DNA of 64,000 nt from Blastocatellia bacterium. Lineage in GTDB: Bacteria; Acidobacteriota; Blastocatellia; UBA7656. The notes below the pieces were generated by a model. It was not told the origin of the DNA. It searched no databases and worked only from the letters and a program-made list of their open reading frames with translations. The stretch covers positions 256,001-320,000 of the forward strand of contig CAVXWP010000008.1 in NCBI GenBank assembly GCA_963765495.1, in the 5' to 3' direction. The position numbers and the translations under genes were made by a program. Of this stretch, positions 48,392-58,160 are shown in pieces; the stretch's first letter is position 1, and the number at the start of each line of letters is the position of its first letter.

Positions 48392-48479
48392 CTAAATCGG
48401 GATGTCCAAGATTGGTGGAAACGAAATCTCAAAGTAAGGTATGTTGAAATAGACCACGGATGACACAGTGGCCTATTCC
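48392..48479. repeat. Degenerate partial copy of the 29734 MITE-like element
   Basis: CTAAATCGGGATGTCCAAGATTGGTGGAAACGAAATCTCAAAGTA..GAAATAGACCACGGATGACAC. Confidence 0.7.
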
Positions 48480-48631
48480 CATCTTCCTAATCTACATCCT
48501 GAAAACTGAACGGCGCTGTTCGTTCACGCATGGGCGGGGTCGAAAGGCCGGTGGCGGTTGACTCGGCGTCGTCTGCATTGATAAGTTGTTTAGTCGCTCT
48601 GAGAGCGAATTTTTATCGAAAGGAACACAAT

Positions 48632-50179
48632 ATGCTGCCTCCCTTTAAGAACGAGCCGTTGACCGATTTCACCGATGAGCGCAATGCGGCCGAGTTGCGC
48701 GAAGCACTCTCGAATGTTGAATCCCGTTTTGGTCAGGAGTACCCGATTATCATCGGTGGAAAGCGGTACACAACCGGCGATTTTCTAAACTCACCAAACC
48801 CGTCCAATCACAAGGAGGTTGTCGGCCTCGTCCACAAGGCGACGACCGAGCTTGCCGACAAGGCGCTCGATGAAGCCACAAAGGCTTTTCAGGATTGGAA
48901 GCGGGTTCAGCCCGAAGTGCGCGCGCGGTATCTGCTGAAAGTAGCGGCGTTGCTCAGAAAGCGGAAGGCTGAATTTTCCGCTCTGATGGTTCTCGAAGTC
49001 GGAAAGTCCTGGGCAGAGGCCGATGCCGATGTCGCCGAAGCGATTGACTTTGCCGATTTCTATGCGCGAGAGATGATCAGGTACAGCCACGAGCACCCCC
49101 TGACGCCGTTTCCCGGCGAACAGAACGAACTCTACTATATCCCGCTCGGTGTCGGTCTCGTCATACCGCCGTGGAACTTCCCGCTTGCGATCATGGCGGG
49201 GATGACTCTGGCTTCGGTAGTTACGGGAAATACCGTAGTCCTGAAGCCTTCGAGCGACAGCCCTGTAATCGCCGCCAGATTTGTCGAGTTGCTTGAAGAG
49301 GCCTCGCTGCCGCCCGGCGTTGTAAATTTCGTCCCCGGCAGCGGCAGCCGCATCGGCGATTATCTGGTCGGAAATCCCCGCACACGATTTATCGCCTTCA
49401 CAGGCTCGCGAGAGGTCGGGCTGCATATCAACGAACTCGCGGCCAAGACCGCCGAAGGCCAACTTTGGATAAAGCGGGTCGTAGCCGAGATGGGTGGGAA
49501 AGATACCATTATCGTAGATGAGACCGCCAATCTGGATGAAGCTGTTGACGGAGCAGTGGCATCCGCCTTTGGTTTCTCAGGCCAGAAATGCTCGGCCTGT
49601 TCGCGGATGGTGGTTGTTGAGGATGTCTATGACGAGGTCGTAAACCGGGTGGCCGAGCGAGCGTCAAAGATAAAGGTAGGCCCGACAAAAGAGCAGGAAA
49701 ACTGGATGGGGCCGGTTTCAAGCAAGAGCGCCTATGAATCAATAATGAATTACATCGAGGTCGGGAAAGGCGAAGGCGAGGTGCTGGCAGGCGGCGGCCC
49801 GCTTGATGATAAAGGTTGGTTTATAAAGCCTACGGTCATCGGCGGGGTTGACCCGATGGCTCGAATCTCGCAGGAAGAGATTTTCGGCCCGGTGCTTGCC
49901 ACGTTCCGCGCAAAGGACTTTGAATCGGCTCTTGAAATAGCCAACAATACCCAGTTTGGTTTGACCGGCGCGCTCTATTCAAGGGAACGCGAGCGATTGG
50001 AACGCGCACGCCACGATTTTCACGTAGGCAATCTTTACCTGAACCGCAAATGTACGGGAGCCTATGTTGATGTCCATCCTTTTGGGGGCTTCAACATGTC
50101 GGGGACCGATTCAAAGGCGGGCGGCAGAGATTATCTGCTCCTGTTTATGCAGGCAAAGTCGGTCTCTGAGAAGCTCTGA
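48632..50179 (+). CDS. pruA: L-glutamate gamma-semialdehyde (P5C) dehydrogenase
   Basis: FKNEP, PWNFP, FTGS, EMGGK, SGQKCSACS, EEIFGP, PFGGF.MSG. Start at ATG 48632. Confidence 0.93.
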   Translation: MLPPFKNEPLTDFTDERNAAELREALSNVESRFGQEYPIIIGGKRYTTGDFLNSPNPSNHKEVVGLVHKATTELADKALDEATKAFQDWKRVQPEVRARYLLKVAALLRKRKAEFSALMVLEVGKSWAEADADVAEAIDFADFYAREMIRYSHEHPLTPFPGEQNELYYIPLGVGLVIPPWNFPLAIMAGMTLASVVTGNTVVLKPSSDSPVIAARFVELLEEASLPPGVVNFVPGSGSRIGDYLVGNPRTRFIAFTGSREVGLHINELAAKTAEGQLWIKRVVAEMGGKDTIIVDETANLDEAVDGAVASAFGFSGQKCSACSRMVVVEDVYDEVVNRVAERASKIKVGPTKEQENWMGPVSSKSAYESIMNYIEVGKGEGEVLAGGGPLDDKGWFIKPTVIGGVDPMARISQEEIFGPVLATFRAKDFESALEIANNTQFGLTGALYSRERERLERARHDFHVGNLYLNRKCTGAYVDVHPFGGFNMSGTDSKAGGRDYLLLFMQAKSVSEKL

Positions 50180-50191
50180 TCGGAGAAATTG

Positions 50192-50256
50192 GCCGCAGAG
50201 ACACAAAGACACAGAGTCTTTATATGCTTTTTTCTGTGTCTCAGTGCCTCCGTGGC
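50192..50256. repeat. Imperfect palindrome built from ACACAGAG-like units (REP-like or terminator)
   Basis: GCCGCAGAGACACAAAGACACAGA / TCTGTGTCTCAGTGCCTCCGTGGC. Confidence 0.65.
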
Positions 50257-50327
50257 TTTCTCAGATTTTTGCCATATTTGTTAGGGGTTGACCGGATTTC
50301 CAAAAGGCAGCTATCTTTATTCTCAAT

Positions 50328-52139
50328 ATGTTCAAATCAGTAGTATCTTTGCTTCTCAGTCTATCATTTGCGACTTTCGCCTCTGGCCAACAGGCAGAGC
50401 AGGGGAAAGAGCAAACGTTACCAAATCCATCGATTCAAACCGGTCGGGGATTTGTATCCCCCTCTGAACTAAATGTCCGATTAGACCCGGATGTGCGGAC
50501 CTTCGTCGTTATGGCGGCTGTAAACATTGCGGGTTTCGATACGGAGCCGGGGGGGCTGGCGCTTACTCCCGCGCGGGCAGAATTGAGAAAGGACCTGGCA
50601 AGTCTTGACCCGGCAATCAAACAGAAGCTTGCCGCATTCTATCAGTCGCACAGACGCCCCGAATTCGATGAGGTTATAGACGCGGGGCGATATTCGGCTT
50701 TAAGCCTGTTGATGACTCAGCCGCCTGCCTTTACTATCACGGACAGCGTAGCCGCCTCCGCGCCTCCAGATTTAAAACCGCTTATAGATTTCGTCCCGCT
50801 CGTGAGAGAGTTTTATCTCAAGGGCGGGCTTCGAGAGCTTGCGCCGAAATATTTGGGCATAGGGACTGAATACGCTACAGCGTACCGCAGACCGGTAGGC
50901 GAGCTTATTTACCAGGCGCTAAATTATTTCCATACGGTACCGGACACGATCATAAATATGCGGCCTTTCCTCGTAAGACCCGATACCGCGACTTCAAAGA
51001 AGTCCAAGCCGAAACCAAAGGCTATAGAGCGTTCGCGCACCCGTCAGGTCTTTATCATTCCTGACCCGCTTGCGGGCGTTGATACGTCTTTCGTGCGAGG
51101 CGACCTGCTAAATCAAAAGGATGACATCCTCGTGCGGCGGACGGGTGACGACTATATCATCCTTATAGGCCCTTCGCGCACACCGAATATGGATGGCATC
51201 CGGCAGGCGATGATTCGATTTGTCATAGATCCGCTTGTCGAGCGGCATTTGAAGACCTCGCTCGAATATAAGGATCAGATAAGCGCGCTTGTCGGTAAGA
51301 TACCAACCGCTCAAAAGGAATATGAAGCAAGCGTCTATCTTGTTGTGCGGGAATCGCTCGCGCAGGCGTCCGAGGCCCGGATGCGCCGTATCCTTGCATC
51401 AGAGAATAAAGCCTCATATACCGAAGAGGATGCCGTCTTCGATCTGGCGCAGGCATATTTGCGTGGCGCAGCGCTGGTCTTTCACTTTTACGAATCCTTA
51501 CAGGGGCTCGAACAGGTAGGTATAAACATCGAAGACTTTTTCGATGAGATGATGAAGGGCATAAAGTTTGATCGCGAGGCTACGAGACCCAGAGATTTTG
51601 AGCCTGTCGTGGCTCGGGTGACAGCCAGCCGCGCCGCAGCCGGTCCGAAATCATCGAGCAATGCCACCAGCGCCGCAGAGCCGGGCGCGAGTACGGTCGC
51701 GGCTAAAATCCTGCTTTCGGATGATCTGATACGCAACCGGCGATTTGAAGAAGCAAGGCCGGTGCTTGAAGAAGTGCTTGTGAGCGACCCGGGGAATGCC
51801 AGAGCATTATACGGGTTGGCGCAAATAATCAGTCAAACCCCGAGCCGTGCCGAAGCCGATCCAAAAGCCGACGAGGACGATAAGATACAGGCGCAGTATG
51901 ACCGTCTGAAGAAGGCGCTCGAGATGTTTGACAAGGTTATAGAGCACGCAAACGGGGATTCGGAGAGATGGCTTGTCCAGTGGAGCCACGTATTAAAGGG
52001 ACGCATTCTGGATTTTCAGGAATTCAGGTCTGATGCCGTCGCCGAGTACTCAAAGGCCCTGGCAATGGGCGATAACATCTCGAACGGGGCCTACAAAGAG
52101 GCGCTTGAAGGGAAAGATCATCCCTACGGGCAAAGGTAA
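50328..52139 (+). CDS. Secreted TPR-containing hypothetical protein
   Basis: Signal peptide; C-terminal TPR-like helices (DPGNARALYGLA). Confidence 0.75.
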   Translation: MFKSVVSLLLSLSFATFASGQQAEQGKEQTLPNPSIQTGRGFVSPSELNVRLDPDVRTFVVMAAVNIAGFDTEPGGLALTPARAELRKDLASLDPAIKQKLAAFYQSHRRPEFDEVIDAGRYSALSLLMTQPPAFTITDSVAASAPPDLKPLIDFVPLVREFYLKGGLRELAPKYLGIGTEYATAYRRPVGELIYQALNYFHTVPDTIINMRPFLVRPDTATSKKSKPKPKAIERSRTRQVFIIPDPLAGVDTSFVRGDLLNQKDDILVRRTGDDYIILIGPSRTPNMDGIRQAMIRFVIDPLVERHLKTSLEYKDQISALVGKIPTAQKEYEASVYLVVRESLAQASEARMRRILASENKASYTEEDAVFDLAQAYLRGAALVFHFYESLQGLEQVGINIEDFFDEMMKGIKFDREATRPRDFEPVVARVTASRAAAGPKSSSNATSAAEPGASTVAAKILLSDDLIRNRRFEEARPVLEEVLVSDPGNARALYGLAQIISQTPSRAEADPKADEDDKIQAQYDRLKKALEMFDKVIEHANGDSERWLVQWSHVLKGRILDFQEFRSDAVAEYSKALAMGDNISNGAYKEALEGKDHPYGQR

Positions 52140-52243
52140 ACCGAGCACCCTCGGGCGACCACAGCCATTTAGACCTCTGATTGGTTTTTGTTGAATCTTT
52201 GCGTAGTTTTTGACATTGCATCCTGGCGAGAAATTGTTGGTCG

Positions 52244-52342
52244 CTAAATTGAAATGCACAAGATTGGTACAAACGAAACTCCAAAGTAGGGTGAGTAGAA
52301 ATAGGCCGCGGATAACGCGGATCGGGCGGATCTACGCGGATT
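52244..52342. repeat. Left-half copy of the 29734 MITE-like element
   Basis: Shares AAGATTGGTACAAACGAAACTCCAAAGTA and AGAAATAGGCCG with 29750-29800. Confidence 0.85.
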
Positions 52343-52595
52343 TGTTCAATTCGTCTTGCATTCAATTTAACCTGGCAACCCGCCTGACGCATGTTGCCCG
52401 CAATTCAAAAACTGAATGACCCTGCTGTGCGACATCTTTATTTACATTTACCTGATATAACTCTTGACGTATTGAATGAGGCTGAGTATGATCGTCGCCA
52501 TAAGAGAGCTGGATGAACAGCCGGGCTGTTGTTCCACCCCAAGTAAACTATAATCAAACCTCACCTGATCTTTCATAACCAAGAGGTGAAAATTA

Positions 52596-53024
52596 ATGGC
52601 TTTTAGCATTCATGGAGAGCAGGCCACGGAAATACAGGTTACGACGGGCGAAAATTTAGTGCTTCGGATTCGCGCTTATGATCCGGCGGGGATAAAGAAG
52701 ATTCTGATCGAGTGTTTTCAGTTTAGCAATGCGAGCACTAACAAATTGAAGGTTGCGATGGGGGAGGCCGAAGTGTCTGTTCAAGAGAGCTTTTCTCAAA
52801 ACAGTTTTGAAGTTCCCGTCCCGATCCCCGACAATGCCGCGCCGGGCAAATGGGGGGTCCGCTGCGTTGAGTTCACAAACGGACGCGGCTACAAATCATC
52901 CTTTTACAGGGGGCAGGGGAAATTCGATAACATAGTCTTTGAGGTAGTCCCCCCGCCGAGCAAAGAGGATGAACTGCTCAATTTTAATGGAGTCGAGATT
53001 GCCGGCAACAGCCATCGCATGTGA
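52596..53024 (+). CDS. Hypothetical beta-sandwich protein
   Basis: 142-aa ORF with RBS GAGGTG; IP..AAPGKW motif typical of Ig-like domains. Confidence 0.65.
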   Translation: MAFSIHGEQATEIQVTTGENLVLRIRAYDPAGIKKILIECFQFSNASTNKLKVAMGEAEVSVQESFSQNSFEVPVPIPDNAAPGKWGVRCVEFTNGRGYKSSFYRGQGKFDNIVFEVVPPPSKEDELLNFNGVEIAGNSHRM

Positions 53025-53052
53025 AGGATAAGAGGCTCCGAGGTGTCGGGAG

Positions 53053-53075
53053 GGAGGCCGGGTTTTGTGGCCTCC
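53053..53075. terminator. Stem-loop between convergent genes
   Basis: GGAGGCC / GGCCTCC. Confidence 0.5.
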
Positions 53076-53103
53076 ACCCAACTAATACCAGTCGAACATC
53101 TAT

Positions 53104-54684
53104 TCAGGGTTTTGTGTTTGTCCCATTTTGATGGGCAAGCAGCATTTCGGACGCAACACGTATAGGCACACCGAAATTGGACCCTCCAAAGCTTTGAGAG
53201 CCGTCAGCCACTACCAGTATGGCAGAATTTATTGCGATCACCCTCTCTTCGCTATCAAACATAGGACTCCCCGAACCGCCCTCAGTCGTCTGCGCGCTAT
53301 GAGTAATGCGTCCGGGCAACACATCGCCGATAGTGCCGGTTGTCGTAAGGGGTCTTATCAGTCCGCGCTCGGCCAGTCCTTCGGCCACATCTTCGACAGA
53401 CTGACCGTGTTGTTTGAGGATGTCGCGGCGCTCGGGCTCATCTATTCGCTGGAGCAGGCCGTCAACCCCGGTTGGAAACCCTAGGAGTACGACGGGGCCT
53501 CCTATGAGCGAGCGCGGGTCTTCGGTGCTTATCGGGAGGACGGGCAGCGCGGCGTCTCCCTGTTCGAAATTGCACAGCGCGACATCATAACGGTCGGAGG
53601 TGTCGAGAACTTTCAACTCAAACGGGTTTTGAATGGAAGGGAAGAAGGCCGAAAGGGAATCTCGTCTCGGACGGAATCCTCCACCCTGTTGAAGAATTAT
53701 CTGGGCGGTCTGATCGCCTATCCAGGGCTGAACCACGTGTTTGTTTGTCACGATGATACCGCCCTCGACCAGAAAACCTGTCCCCGTGTAATCGATCTGG
53801 ACAGGAGGGCCGACTCCATCGACAGAGGCGAGAAGGTGGCCGCTTCGATCTACGGGGGTGTCGTTGGCATCATCTGCGGTTTCATACCTTAAGACGCGCC
53901 CCGTTCCTTTTTCGACGAAACTGTAGCTGCCGACGATAAGACAGACGCCGGGACTGTAGCGTTCGGCGATCTTCTGCGTAAACAGGCGATTTTGGTCGGC
54001 AACTACTCTGAGCCGTTCTATCTCCTTCTCCTGTTTCTTGATGACCTCCTGATCCTGTTCGAGCCTGGTCTGACTGACATCGTTTGCCATTCTCAAGCGT
54101 TCAATTTCCTGGGAATTGCGGTGAAGAAAGAGGAAGTTAAAATAGATAATGCCGAGTATGGCGACGGCAAACAAGCCAACCGTGGCGAGTCCGATCAATC
54201 GGGCTTTTCTGGGGATTTCAGCCCAGAGGCTTGCGGTAAGTTCCTTGACGAAGAGGGTGGCCGTCAGAGGGTGGACCGGCGGGGCCGCTACTGCCTGTAC
54301 CTCGCGATTACGGCGGACCAGGCTTGCAGCCGAGAAATTTTCAGGCATCACCTGAAAAAGCACACTTGCGCTCGACAGGCCGTGTCCGAAATGCAGCGTA
54401 TCGCCGTCACGCAAGGGAAACCCGGCGGCATTATAGTCGTCGCTGTAAACCTCTCCGTTTACGGTGATTTCGAGTTCGGGATTCTCTTCGCGACGACCAA
54501 GATGGTAGTTTCCTTCTTCGTTGTATATGTCGGCGAGGACGCCTTCGGGCATAAGAGCGCCTTCTTCGGGGACAAGCTTAAAGTCGCTATCGTCCGATGT
54601 GCCGACCGTCACGTGATCTTGTGTATATATTCTTGTCTTACCCTTCTCGGACCCCGAGAGGTAAACCAGCATTAAACGGCTCAT
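53104..54684 (-). CDS. FHA-like domain, TM helix and trypsin-like serine protease
   Basis: GTGF, VTNKHVV, DVAL, GGSGSP catalytic triad; N-terminal VNG...LRDGD.L.FG. Confidence 0.85.
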   Translation of the reverse strand: MSRLMLVYLSGSEKGKTRIYTQDHVTVGTSDDSDFKLVPEEGALMPEGVLADIYNEEGNYHLGRREENPELEITVNGEVYSDDYNAAGFPLRDGDTLHFGHGLSSASVLFQVMPENFSAASLVRRNREVQAVAAPPVHPLTATLFVKELTASLWAEIPRKARLIGLATVGLFAVAILGIIYFNFLFLHRNSQEIERLRMANDVSQTRLEQDQEVIKKQEKEIERLRVVADQNRLFTQKIAERYSPGVCLIVGSYSFVEKGTGRVLRYETADDANDTPVDRSGHLLASVDGVGPPVQIDYTGTGFLVEGGIIVTNKHVVQPWIGDQTAQIILQQGGGFRPRRDSLSAFFPSIQNPFELKVLDTSDRYDVALCNFEQGDAALPVLPISTEDPRSLIGGPVVLLGFPTGVDGLLQRIDEPERRDILKQHGQSVEDVAEGLAERGLIRPLTTTGTIGDVLPGRITHSAQTTEGGSGSPMFDSEERVIAINSAILVVADGSQSFGGSNFGVPIRVASEMLLAHQNGTNTKP

Positions 54685-55075
54685 CCGAAATCATGCCTCT
54701 TTGGATAAAATATTCCGACCGGGGTTGTGCACATTGCTTCACTTCGGCCCGGGCCAGAAAGTGAAGCAATTAGTTTACAGAAACATTTATGGGGTTGCTT
54801 CAAGCACCCGGTTCGCTCGGAAATAAATCAAAGCAAAAGCCCCTACCCAACTAAAATGATAAGGATACACATGATTTGGATTTGTTTCCATACCGAGTTA
54901 AAGAAAGATTCGAGGGAAAGGTTTTATTGCAGGATCATTCAATTCTCAGATTGATATTTGGAGGTCGCAGGAACCCACTGATTGCTTTATGAAAACCCCC
55001 GTGCGTGTTAGGATCAATTCGCTGTGCCGTGCATATACTCAGTTACTCAAAATCACTTTCAGAGGTTTTTCCGAA

Positions 55076-56206
55076 ATGAAGCGTCATAGAAATATGATTA
55101 TCTCAATCTGCGCCGTAATTCTGTTGTGTCTTACAAGCCATTCGGCAAGTTCAGGTTTGAAAATGATCCCGGATTCCCCCGACAAAAAGAAGGTAGTCGA
55201 GCCCTACAAGATCGAAAAACTGACACAGGGCATGGGACTTTACAGTCTGGGGGCTGTCTCTCCCGACGGGAAATCCATGCTTTTACTCGCGCAAAAACCC
55301 GAGCACGCTCCGAACCTTTATGTGATGGACCTGACCGATTTTTCCATTCGCCCGCCGCTTACGGACCTGCGCTGGGGCGTATCAGACGCGGCCTGGTCGC
55401 CCGACGGTTCAACGATTGCGTTTGCCGGATTCGGCGAATCGGCGAGCTTTTCAGAGCTCTATACTTTGGGGGTAAAGGGTGGGAGACCTTCCCAGATGAC
55501 GAGGAATAACTTCAGCGATAAGGAGCCGGTATTTTCCCCCGACGGCAAGCGATTGTATTACACTACAGACGAAAGCCCTCTGCCCGACGCAGCGTTTGGC
55601 ATACTTCATATTGCCACGATGCCGACAGCCGGCGGTAAGCCCGAATACTTCACCGAGGATGAAGCATCTACGATCAAACCCGTGCTGACATCGGATTCAA
55701 AGGGGCTCTACCTGATCAAAATTGACGAGGACAGCGGGCGGCATTCGCTCTGGGAATACGGATTTGATGGGAAGGCGCGGCAAGATCTGACGGAACGAAA
55801 ATTTGCCAGGATTCACAGGCTCATTCCCGTTGCCTCTAGCAACTCGATTGTCATCGAAGGGCAGGAGGAGCCAGAACAAGAGGAAGATGTTTATATCTTT
55901 GATCTGAAAACGAGACAGGCGACCGAACTTCCGAACGGCGACCTGATAAAGAGGATGCCCGCTGTTTCACCAAACGGGCGGCGTGTGGTCTTTATATCGC
56001 CGACGGGGACCGGGACACAGCTTTTTCTCTACGACTCAACCACGTCTGAAATCAAACAATTGACCTACCTCGGGTCGAGCACATTCACACCCGTTTTTAT
56101 CTCTGATGAGAGAATCGTTTTCGGTTCGAATCGGAGCAAGGATATGGCGAATGAGATTTACTTGCTTGATCTTGCTGTCCCGACGCCGGAAGAAAAGAAG
56201 AAGTAA
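55076..56206 (+). CDS. TolB-like PD40 beta-propeller protein
   Basis: Repeated SPDG motifs; signal peptide. Start chosen at ATG 55076. Confidence 0.8.
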   Translation: MKRHRNMIISICAVILLCLTSHSASSGLKMIPDSPDKKKVVEPYKIEKLTQGMGLYSLGAVSPDGKSMLLLAQKPEHAPNLYVMDLTDFSIRPPLTDLRWGVSDAAWSPDGSTIAFAGFGESASFSELYTLGVKGGRPSQMTRNNFSDKEPVFSPDGKRLYYTTDESPLPDAAFGILHIATMPTAGGKPEYFTEDEASTIKPVLTSDSKGLYLIKIDEDSGRHSLWEYGFDGKARQDLTERKFARIHRLIPVASSNSIVIEGQEEPEQEEDVYIFDLKTRQATELPNGDLIKRMPAVSPNGRRVVFISPTGTGTQLFLYDSTTSEIKQLTYLGSSTFTPVFISDERIVFGSNRSKDMANEIYLLDLAVPTPEEKKK

Positions 56207-56276
56207 AGCGAGGGAATAAATTGGAGCCAGGCTCGATGCACAAGAATGCTGAACCGTCCTCTAAGGCAAATAAAAC

Positions 56277-57719
56277 ATGACTGATGAAACCAGATCGAAA
56301 AATTCTTCTTATGATGCTGTGATAATCGGTTCAGGGCCAAATGGACTTGCCTCGGCTATCACGCTTGCAAGAGCGGGGAAGTCAACGCTTGTCATCGAAG
56401 CCGAAAGCACAATCGGGGGAGGGACGCGGTCGTCTGAGTTGACACTGCCCGGGTTCACACACGACATCTGTTCGGCGATACACCCGCTTGCAGTCGGGTC
56501 GCCATTTTTCGCCACGCTCCCGCTTGAAGAACACGGGGTTGAGTGGATTCATCCGCCCTCACCGCTTGCGCATCCATTTGATGACGGGTCGGCTGCCGTA
56601 CTGGAAAGGTCTGTTGAGGAGACAGGAAAGATCCTTGGCGAGGACAGTCATTCGTACAGGAAACTGATGCAGCCTCTGGCCGATCACTGGACCGCGCTTG
56701 CCGAGGAATTGCTTGCTCCGCCTCATCTGTTTCGCCATCCGGTTGTACTCGGCAAGTTTGGGTTGAACGCGATTTATTCTGCGTGGGCGCTTGCGAGACG
56801 CAGATTTGCGGGAGATCACGCTCGGGGGCTGTTTGCGGGGCTTTCTGCCCATTCCATCCTCCCGCTTGAGTACTTTATGACGGCTTCTTTCGGGATGCTC
56901 CTTGGCGCAAGCGGCCACGCGGTAGGCTGGCCCTTCCCGCGAGGTGGCGCGCAGATGATCGCCGATGCCATGCAATCAATCCTGAAATCGCTTGGCGGAG
57001 AGATAGAGACAGACAGGCGGGTAGATTCGATAGAGGACCTTCCACCGGCACGCGCTTACCTTTTTGATGTGACCCCGCGACAGTTTTTGCGAATAGCTGG
57101 GAATCGCCTCCCTCACAGATACAGGCGGCGGCTTGAAGGCTTTCGCTACGGCCCCGGAGTCTTCAAGATAGATTGCGCGCTCTCCGGCCCGATTCCGTGG
57201 AAGGCTGAGGCCTGTCGCCGGGCTGCGACCGTTCATCTTGGGCCGACGCTTGAAGAAATATGCGCGAGCGAGGCAGGCGTCTGGAGAGGCGAACCCCCCG
57301 AACGCCCCTTTGTTCTTGTAGCCCAACACACCCTCTTTGACACGACGCGCGCCCCCGAAGGCAAGCATACTCTCTGGGCGTACTGTCACGTTCCAAACGG
57401 CTCAACCTTTGATATGACCGAGAGGATAGAGGCGCAGATCGAGCGTTTTGCTCCGGGGTTTCGTGATCTGATAATTGCCAGAAGCGTTCTTACGCCTGAG
57501 CAACTTGAGAGGCACAACGCCAACTATATCGGTGGAGACATCAGCGGCGGGGCGAATGATTTCCCTCAACTGCTGGCTCGTCCGCTCATCAGTCTCAATC
57601 CGTATTCGACCCCCGCAAAGGGAGTATATCTTTGCTCATCATCAACGCCGCCGGGTGCGGGTGTTCATGGCATGTGCGGGTATTTTGCTGCTCGAAAGGC
57701 CCTGGAGGATGTCTTCTGA
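56277..57719 (+). CDS. Phytoene-dehydrogenase-like FAD-dependent oxidoreductase
   Basis: IGSGPNGL, HD.CSA.HP, LCSSSTPPG.GVHGMCG. Confidence 0.9.
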   Translation: MTDETRSKNSSYDAVIIGSGPNGLASAITLARAGKSTLVIEAESTIGGGTRSSELTLPGFTHDICSAIHPLAVGSPFFATLPLEEHGVEWIHPPSPLAHPFDDGSAAVLERSVEETGKILGEDSHSYRKLMQPLADHWTALAEELLAPPHLFRHPVVLGKFGLNAIYSAWALARRRFAGDHARGLFAGLSAHSILPLEYFMTASFGMLLGASGHAVGWPFPRGGAQMIADAMQSILKSLGGEIETDRRVDSIEDLPPARAYLFDVTPRQFLRIAGNRLPHRYRRRLEGFRYGPGVFKIDCALSGPIPWKAEACRRAATVHLGPTLEEICASEAGVWRGEPPERPFVLVAQHTLFDTTRAPEGKHTLWAYCHVPNGSTFDMTERIEAQIERFAPGFRDLIIARSVLTPEQLERHNANYIGGDISGGANDFPQLLARPLISLNPYSTPAKGVYLCSSSTPPGAGVHGMCGYFAARKALEDVF

Positions 57720-57795
57720 ACCTGTCAGAGATTTCTAACCTCAAGTCTCAAATCTCAGATTCATGTGTGCGCTTGCGCCGGGGAGTCCTCAAGAA

Positions 57796-58116
57796 TCAGG
57801 ATTCCTCTCTGGTGTCGCGCCCGCTGATAAAGCTTTCGGCAAAGTCAATAAAGGTGTTGAGCCGGTCTTCGCTCTCGGTCAATCTCTTTTCGGTGCGCGA
57901 GACGATTTCGGAAAGCTCGGTGACTCTCGCATCTGATTTCTCCTGCGTCTCGATGACTCTGCCTACCATGTTGACAAGTGTCAGTGTGGCATCGGTCAGT
58001 TTTCCGAGCTGGTTCTGGAGGCGGGTTTGAATATCTTTTATTTCCTGTATCTCGTTTGCGAATTGTGCCTGTTGTTCGATTATAAACTGTATGGTTCGTT
58101 CCTCTTCTTCTGCCAT
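57796..58116 (-). CDS. Small coiled-coil hypothetical protein
   Basis: 106-aa ORF, MAEEE.ERTIQFIIEQQAQF, heptad pattern. Confidence 0.65.
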   Translation of the reverse strand: MAEEEERTIQFIIEQQAQFANEIQEIKDIQTRLQNQLGKLTDATLTLVNMVGRVIETQEKSDARVTELSEIVSRTEKRLTESEDRLNTFIDFAESFISGRDTREES

Positions 58117-58160
58117 AAACGGTATACCCTTTCCGGCCCGATATGGCAGGGCCGATTCTT